Part shown: one piece after another, positions 59,949-64,000 of the stretch
How the letters are laid out: every line of letters starts with the position of its first letter
How positions within the stretch are numbered: position 1 is the stretch's first letter
Assembly: GCA_011049115.1 (NCBI GenBank)
Contig: DSCM01000096.1
Coordinates: forward strand, 17,158 to 81,157
Source of the DNA: Pseudomonadota bacterium
GTDB taxonomy: Bacteria > Desulfobacterota > Anaeroferrophillalia > Anaeroferrophillales > Tharpellaceae
DNA: 64,000 bases
Direction: 5' to 3'
Notes under the pieces: generated by a model
What the model was told of the DNA's origin: nothing
Database searches by the model: none
The model's input: only the letters and a program-made list of their open reading frames with translations
Program-made: the position numbers and the translations under genes

Positions 59949-60665
59949 TTAAAGTTTACCCTGAAGCTTCAGCTCCTCAGTAAAATCCTGCCATACCCTC
60001 TTGCTGTTCAGGGCTCCAACCGGACAGACCGCTGCGCAGGCCAGACAATCCTGGCAAGCGCTCGTTGCCGGATCGATATCACTGCCGAAAAAAGAGACCA
60101 CCGTATCAATCCCCCGCTTAGCAAAATCCAGCTTATATCCTTTTTCCAGTTTTCCGCAGACATAAACACAGCGACCACAGAGCACACACTTTTTGGACTC
60201 ATAGACCAGGTAAGGGTGTTCCGTGATAAGTTCTGGGTAATTGCGCTCTATATGCCGCAGGCGTTTGGTTCGTAGTGGTTGGTGCAGGAACTTGGCAATC
60301 CGCTGAAGCTCGCAGCTATGATTAGCCAGACAGAGATGACAACGCCCATCGTTGGTCGAGACCAGCAGGCGAAACGCGGTTTGCCGCAGTTGCAATAATG
60401 CCTCACTATCGGTACGGACCACCATCCCATCCTTGACCAGATAGCGACAGGAGGCAACGGGGAAATTTTCGCCCACCACCTCAACCAAACAGAGGCGACA
60501 GGAGGCCGGGGGGTCCTCCATCCCTTCGAGAAAGCAGAGGTGGGGAATATAGATATTATTTTCAAGACAAACCGAAAGCAGGTTGCGGCCTGCACAAGCT
60601 TCAATCTTTCGCTCGTCTACGGTTATAGTTACGGTTACCGGAATATCTTCAACGGCTTGCATCAC
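59949..60665 (-). CDS. [2Fe-2S] ferredoxin plus NuoG-N-terminal-type [4Fe-4S] domain protein
   Basis: CAGRNLLSVC...C...C plant-type 2Fe-2S motif, followed by CxxCxxCxxxC and HxxxC clusters. Confidence 0.65.
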   Translation of the reverse strand: MMQAVEDIPVTVTITVDERKIEACAGRNLLSVCLENNIYIPHLCFLEGMEDPPASCRLCLVEVVGENFPVASCRYLVKDGMVVRTDSEALLQLRQTAFRLLVSTNDGRCHLCLANHSCELQRIAKFLHQPLRTKRLRHIERNYPELITEHPYLVYESKKCVLCGRCVYVCGKLEKGYKLDFAKRGIDTVVSFFGSDIDPATSACQDCLACAAVCPVGALNSKRVWQDFTEELKLQGKL

Positions 60666-62602
60666 TTTTCCTCTTTTTCTTCCTCGATCAAGGGCTTTAC
60701 TCCCTGATCGGGAATCAGACTGGGCGGTGAAATTCGCCGTACCGCGTCATATTCCGGCGGGCAGGCATAAACACATTCGCCGCATTTGACACACTTTTCC
60801 TGATCAATCGCCTTTTTACGGTTACTGGTCGTAAAAATCGCCTCGGTCGGACAGCAGGCAACGCAGGCATCACAACCCCGGGCACAAGCTTCCAGATCGA
60901 TATAGAAAGCGATCAGGCTCCGGCACATGCGCGCCGGGCAACGTCTTTCCGCAAAATGAGCCTCATATTCGCCCCGAAAAAAACGCAGGGTCGTCAGCAC
61001 CGGATTAGGAGCCGTTTTACCCAGACTACAGAGCGAGCCTTTAACAATCATCTCGCTGAGTTCCTGCAGGGTCTGAAGATCTTCCGCAGACCCTACACCC
61101 TTTGTCAGATCCTCAAGAATATCGCGTAAATGACGGGTGCCAAGCCGACAAAAGGTACACTTACCACAGGATTCACCCTGAGTAAAATCCGTAAAATAAC
61201 GCGCCAGTTCAACCATGCAGGTATCTTCGTTCATAACGACCAAGCCGCCCGACCCCATCATCGCCCCGGATTCCTTCAGGGAGTCGAAATCGATTTTGGT
61301 CTGCAGCAGGGACGCCGGCAGACAGCCGCCGGAAGGACCGCCGATCTGAACGGCTTTCAGGGTTTTGCCGTTTTTCACTCCGCCGCAAACATCCACCACC
61401 AGATGTTCGAGCGTAACCCCCATCGGCACCTCGACCAGCCCGGGATATTCGACCTCTCCGACCACGGAGAAAATTGCCGTCCCGGGGCTGCCCGGGGTCC
61501 CAATCGCCGTAAACCAGGAAGCGCCGTTACGGATGATAGAGGGCACGGTCGACAAGGTTTTGACATTGTTGATTATCGTCGGTTTCCCCTGAAACCCGGA
61601 TACGGCCGGGTATGGCGGCCGCGGTTGGGGCATACCCCGGCGGCCGGCCAAAGACTCGATCAGAGCGGTTTCTTCTCCGCAGACAAAAGCTCCGGAACCT
61701 TGAAAAACCGAGACCTCCAGAGAAAAATCACTACCTAGGATTTTAGAACCCAGAAGGTTTTTCTGCCGCGCCTGAGCAATCGCCCGTTCAACAATTTCAA
61801 CCGCCAGGGGATATTCGGTCCGAATATAAAGCAGCGCCCGCCCGGCGCCCACCGCCAGAGCCGCCAAAGCCAGCCCTTCGAGCACCTGATGCGGATTACT
61901 CTCCAGCAGGGTTCGATCCATGTAGGCCCCGGGATCACCCTCATCCCCATTGCAGATCACCAGTTTCTCGAAAACTTTGACATTGCGGGCAATTTCCCAT
62001 TTCCGCCCGGCCGGAAAGCCGGCGCCCCCCCGACCCCGCAGATTGGCGGCCTTGATCTCTTCCAGAACCCGGACCCCGCCTTCTTCCAGCCCCTGGGCCA
62101 AAGCCGAATAGCCACCAACCGCGAGATAATGATCCACATCCTCAGGATCAATCAGGCCGCAGTGTTCCATAATTACCCGGTTTTCAAAAAGATAACGCGG
62201 ATAATCCATCAGGGTCGGAAAATTATCATCCGCCTCCAGAGCCCCGAGCAAGTATTCATAACAGGGATCGCTGCCATCCTTAAGGAAGGAACGAACCAGA
62301 ATTCCAGCTTCACCCACTCCGATTTTCTGATAGAGCAGCGGAGGAAATCCGGGATTCTGAATAATCACCAGAGGCTCGGCATAACAGTGTCCGAGACAAC
62401 CGACTTTTCGAATAATCGCCTCGATTCCGTTGGCAACCAGAGCCTCGTTAAATCCGGCAATCGTGTCCATGGCTCCAGCAGCCCGGCCGCAGGTGGCGCA
62501 ACCGACATAAATCACCGGCACCGAAGCGTTTTTAAGTTCCGCAAGTTTGGCAGCGGCCGCCGTGACCAGCTCGGCCAAAAAAGCTCTCGGACTATTATTC
62601 AT
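60662..62602 (-). CDS. NuoF-like NAD(H)-binding FMN/Fe-S flavoprotein with an N-terminal thioredoxin-like [2Fe-2S] domain and a C-terminal 2x[4Fe-4S] ferredoxin (HydB/HndC-type)
   Basis: GRGGAGFPAGRKWE FMN/NADH motif; C-terminal CARGCDACVACCP and CVKCGECVYACPP. The start overlaps nuoE by 8 nt. Confidence 0.8.
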   Translation of the reverse strand: MNNSPRAFLAELVTAAAAKLAELKNASVPVIYVGCATCGRAAGAMDTIAGFNEALVANGIEAIIRKVGCLGHCYAEPLVIIQNPGFPPLLYQKIGVGEAGILVRSFLKDGSDPCYEYLLGALEADDNFPTLMDYPRYLFENRVIMEHCGLIDPEDVDHYLAVGGYSALAQGLEEGGVRVLEEIKAANLRGRGGAGFPAGRKWEIARNVKVFEKLVICNGDEGDPGAYMDRTLLESNPHQVLEGLALAALAVGAGRALLYIRTEYPLAVEIVERAIAQARQKNLLGSKILGSDFSLEVSVFQGSGAFVCGEETALIESLAGRRGMPQPRPPYPAVSGFQGKPTIINNVKTLSTVPSIIRNGASWFTAIGTPGSPGTAIFSVVGEVEYPGLVEVPMGVTLEHLVVDVCGGVKNGKTLKAVQIGGPSGGCLPASLLQTKIDFDSLKESGAMMGSGGLVVMNEDTCMVELARYFTDFTQGESCGKCTFCRLGTRHLRDILEDLTKGVGSAEDLQTLQELSEMIVKGSLCSLGKTAPNPVLTTLRFFRGEYEAHFAERRCPARMCRSLIAFYIDLEACARGCDACVACCPTEAIFTTSNRKKAIDQEKCVKCGECVYACPPEYDAVRRISPPSLIPDQGVKPLIEEEKEEK

Positions 62603-63176
62603 TGGTGGATGCTGCGGTTTCATTTCTCTGCTGCTCCCGGGCTGCCATCTCTTTGCGAACCTCAATTTCAGTAATAATCCCCTCGACCTTGCTGGGAGTG
62701 ACGTAAGCTTCAACCTTCTCGCCAATCACCACTGCCGGGGCCAGGGCGCAACAACCAATGCAGGCCACCCGTTCGAGGCTGTATTCGCGATCGGCGCTGG
62801 TTTCACCCTCCCTGATCTGCAGACGACGCTCAAAATTTTCCAGAATTATTTCGCCACCCTTGACATGACAGGCGGTTCCCAGACAAACCTTGATCGGATT
62901 ACGACCGGGAGGATTAAAACGAAACTGGTTATAGAATGTGGCGACGCCATAGATTCTGGCGATGGTTACCTGAAGATGGTCTGCCACCAGTCGCAAAACA
63001 AGTTTCGGCAGATAACCGTGTTTTTTCTGAATTGACTGCAGGACCGGGATCAATTGAGAAGGTGTTCGGGAAAACTCCGGAAGTTCATCTGCAACCGCCT
63101 TCAGAACCGCCAGTTCCTCCTTGTCAAGCACCGCCATTTCTTCATCGCTCAAAGCACCCGAAAAATGGTCAAGCAT
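62595..63176 (-). CDS. NuoE-like thioredoxin-fold [2Fe-2S] protein (HydC/HndA-type)
   Basis: CLGTACHVKG...CIGCCALAP. Confidence 0.75.
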   Translation of the reverse strand: MLDHFSGALSDEEMAVLDKEELAVLKAVADELPEFSRTPSQLIPVLQSIQKKHGYLPKLVLRLVADHLQVTIARIYGVATFYNQFRFNPPGRNPIKVCLGTACHVKGGEIILENFERRLQIREGETSADREYSLERVACIGCCALAPAVVIGEKVEAYVTPSKVEGIITEIEVRKEMAAREQQRNETAASTNE

Positions 63177-63264
63177 CTTTTACTTCTCCTTGCCGTAGAG
63201 CCGGAACTAACTGGATTATCGATTTCCCAAAACTCTCCCCCAAAATGAACGGCTCCAACTTTTA

Positions 63265-63996
63265 TCAAAAGATTTCAGGAACAGCGCCCTGAACTTGAGT
63301 TTGTCGCTGAAAATATTCGTAGAGTGACACGGCCGCGTGACGGTCGATAAACCGCCGACACAAGCGCGCCAGAGTCAAAATATTTCGTTTTACGCCGACC
63401 ATGGTTTCCGCCACGGCTTTGGGCTGATCATAACTGATTACCGCCATGCTTCGGTAGATAAACAAGAAATCGTGCTCTGGACCGATCAGATTTTCCCTAC
63501 CGGCCGCGACTTTCAGCAGATCCTCTCGAATCGGAGGACAGATGAAATTGAGACAAAGCGGGCCTTTGAGTTCTCCCAGCCCACAGCCATCGGCCGCAAA
63601 ATAACGGCAGTGCGCCCCACTTAACCAGGCTCCATCGCGCTGCCGTCGATAACGATAAAAACCACCGGTTGCCGCCTCAAACTGAGCCAACCTGACCCGC
63701 CGCCGCTTCTGCAGTTCGGTTATTATTTCCGGAGCCAGCCGGGAACGTTCGCAAGGTTCCCCTTCAAGACGAAAGATATCCCCGGCACCACGATGACAAC
63801 AACCTGGATAAACCCCTTCAACGATGTCGATGGTCTCCGCGTCTGCCTCCGGTAAACGAGCTGTGACCTTTTGACAATTGCGACAATACGCGCTGATAAA
63901 TTCAGCAAAAAAAGGTTTCAGTGCGAGGCTCAGATCTCGATAGGCGACAAAACGCATGCCGCCTGCGGCTGCCGTTTTACAAGATTCCACGGTCAT
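63265..63996 (-). CDS. Cys-rich hypothetical protein upstream of the NuoEF-like module
   Basis: 243 aa with CRNC...PGCCHRGAGD...C and further Cys pairs; no family recognised. Confidence 0.4.
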   Translation of the reverse strand: MTVESCKTAAAGGMRFVAYRDLSLALKPFFAEFISAYCRNCQKVTARLPEADAETIDIVEGVYPGCCHRGAGDIFRLEGEPCERSRLAPEIITELQKRRRVRLAQFEAATGGFYRYRRQRDGAWLSGAHCRYFAADGCGLGELKGPLCLNFICPPIREDLLKVAAGRENLIGPEHDFLFIYRSMAVISYDQPKAVAETMVGVKRNILTLARLCRRFIDRHAAVSLYEYFQRQTQVQGAVPEIF

Positions 63997-64000
63997 GCTA

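Noticed and set aside
61130-62674. Plus-strand ORFs of 202 aa and 261 aa inside nuoF
   Set aside because: They are antisense to a strongly supported NuoF-like gene and have no recognisable domains
1-64000. CRISPR arrays, transposases, integrases, prophage or toxin-antitoxin modules
   Set aside because: No direct-repeat arrays, no IS-like inverted repeats flanking transposase-like ORFs, and no phage structural or integrase motifs were seen in any frame

Overview
This 64 kb window comes from a GC-rich (roughly 55-60%) strictly anaerobic bacterium. The gene content is deltaproteobacterial/syntroph-like: multiple HdrABC paralogs, SelB, rubredoxin/rubrerythrin, a two-subunit class I fumarase, and uppS-cdsA-dxr-rseP. 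About 90% of the coding sequence is on the minus strand. Positions 1-11.6 kb hold one long minus-strand operon running fumarate hydratase alpha/beta -> HdrC-HdrB-HdrA(short) -> HdrA-HdrC-HdrB -> a 1018-aa tandem HdrA-MvhD-HdrA fusion -> MvhD -> a partial gene that runs off the window. This is the most unusual system in the window and is a candidate new flavin-based electron-bifurcating complex tied to C4-dicarboxylate metabolism. Downstream (11.9-16.4 kb) lies an acyl-CoA dehydrogenase / HMG-CoA lyase / enoyl-CoA hydratase / second divergent HMGL-like lyase cluster. Next come tRNA-Met, an HDOD response regulator with an atypical receiver, selB, tlyA, rng, and a large radical-SAM protein. An oxidative-stress islet follows (flavodoxin, an unlisted rubredoxin, a small CxxCH protein, a rubrerythrin-like protein). 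The conserved tsaB-rseP-dxr-cdsA-uppS block comes next, then a glycan/LPS-type cluster (GT4s, methyltransferase, ArnT-like membrane GT, MsbA), icd, aspS, tRNA-Pro, ahcY, a NarL/NarX-type two-component pair, a RadC(JAB)-DinG helicase fusion, acyP, gpm, and finally an orphan NuoE/NuoF/2Fe-2S diaphorase-like module. No CRISPR arrays, transposases, integrases or other mobile elements were recognised. The ORF track writes alternative starts (TTG/GTG) as M, so several listed starts were adjusted. My own hand-counted coordinates may be off by 1-2 nt.
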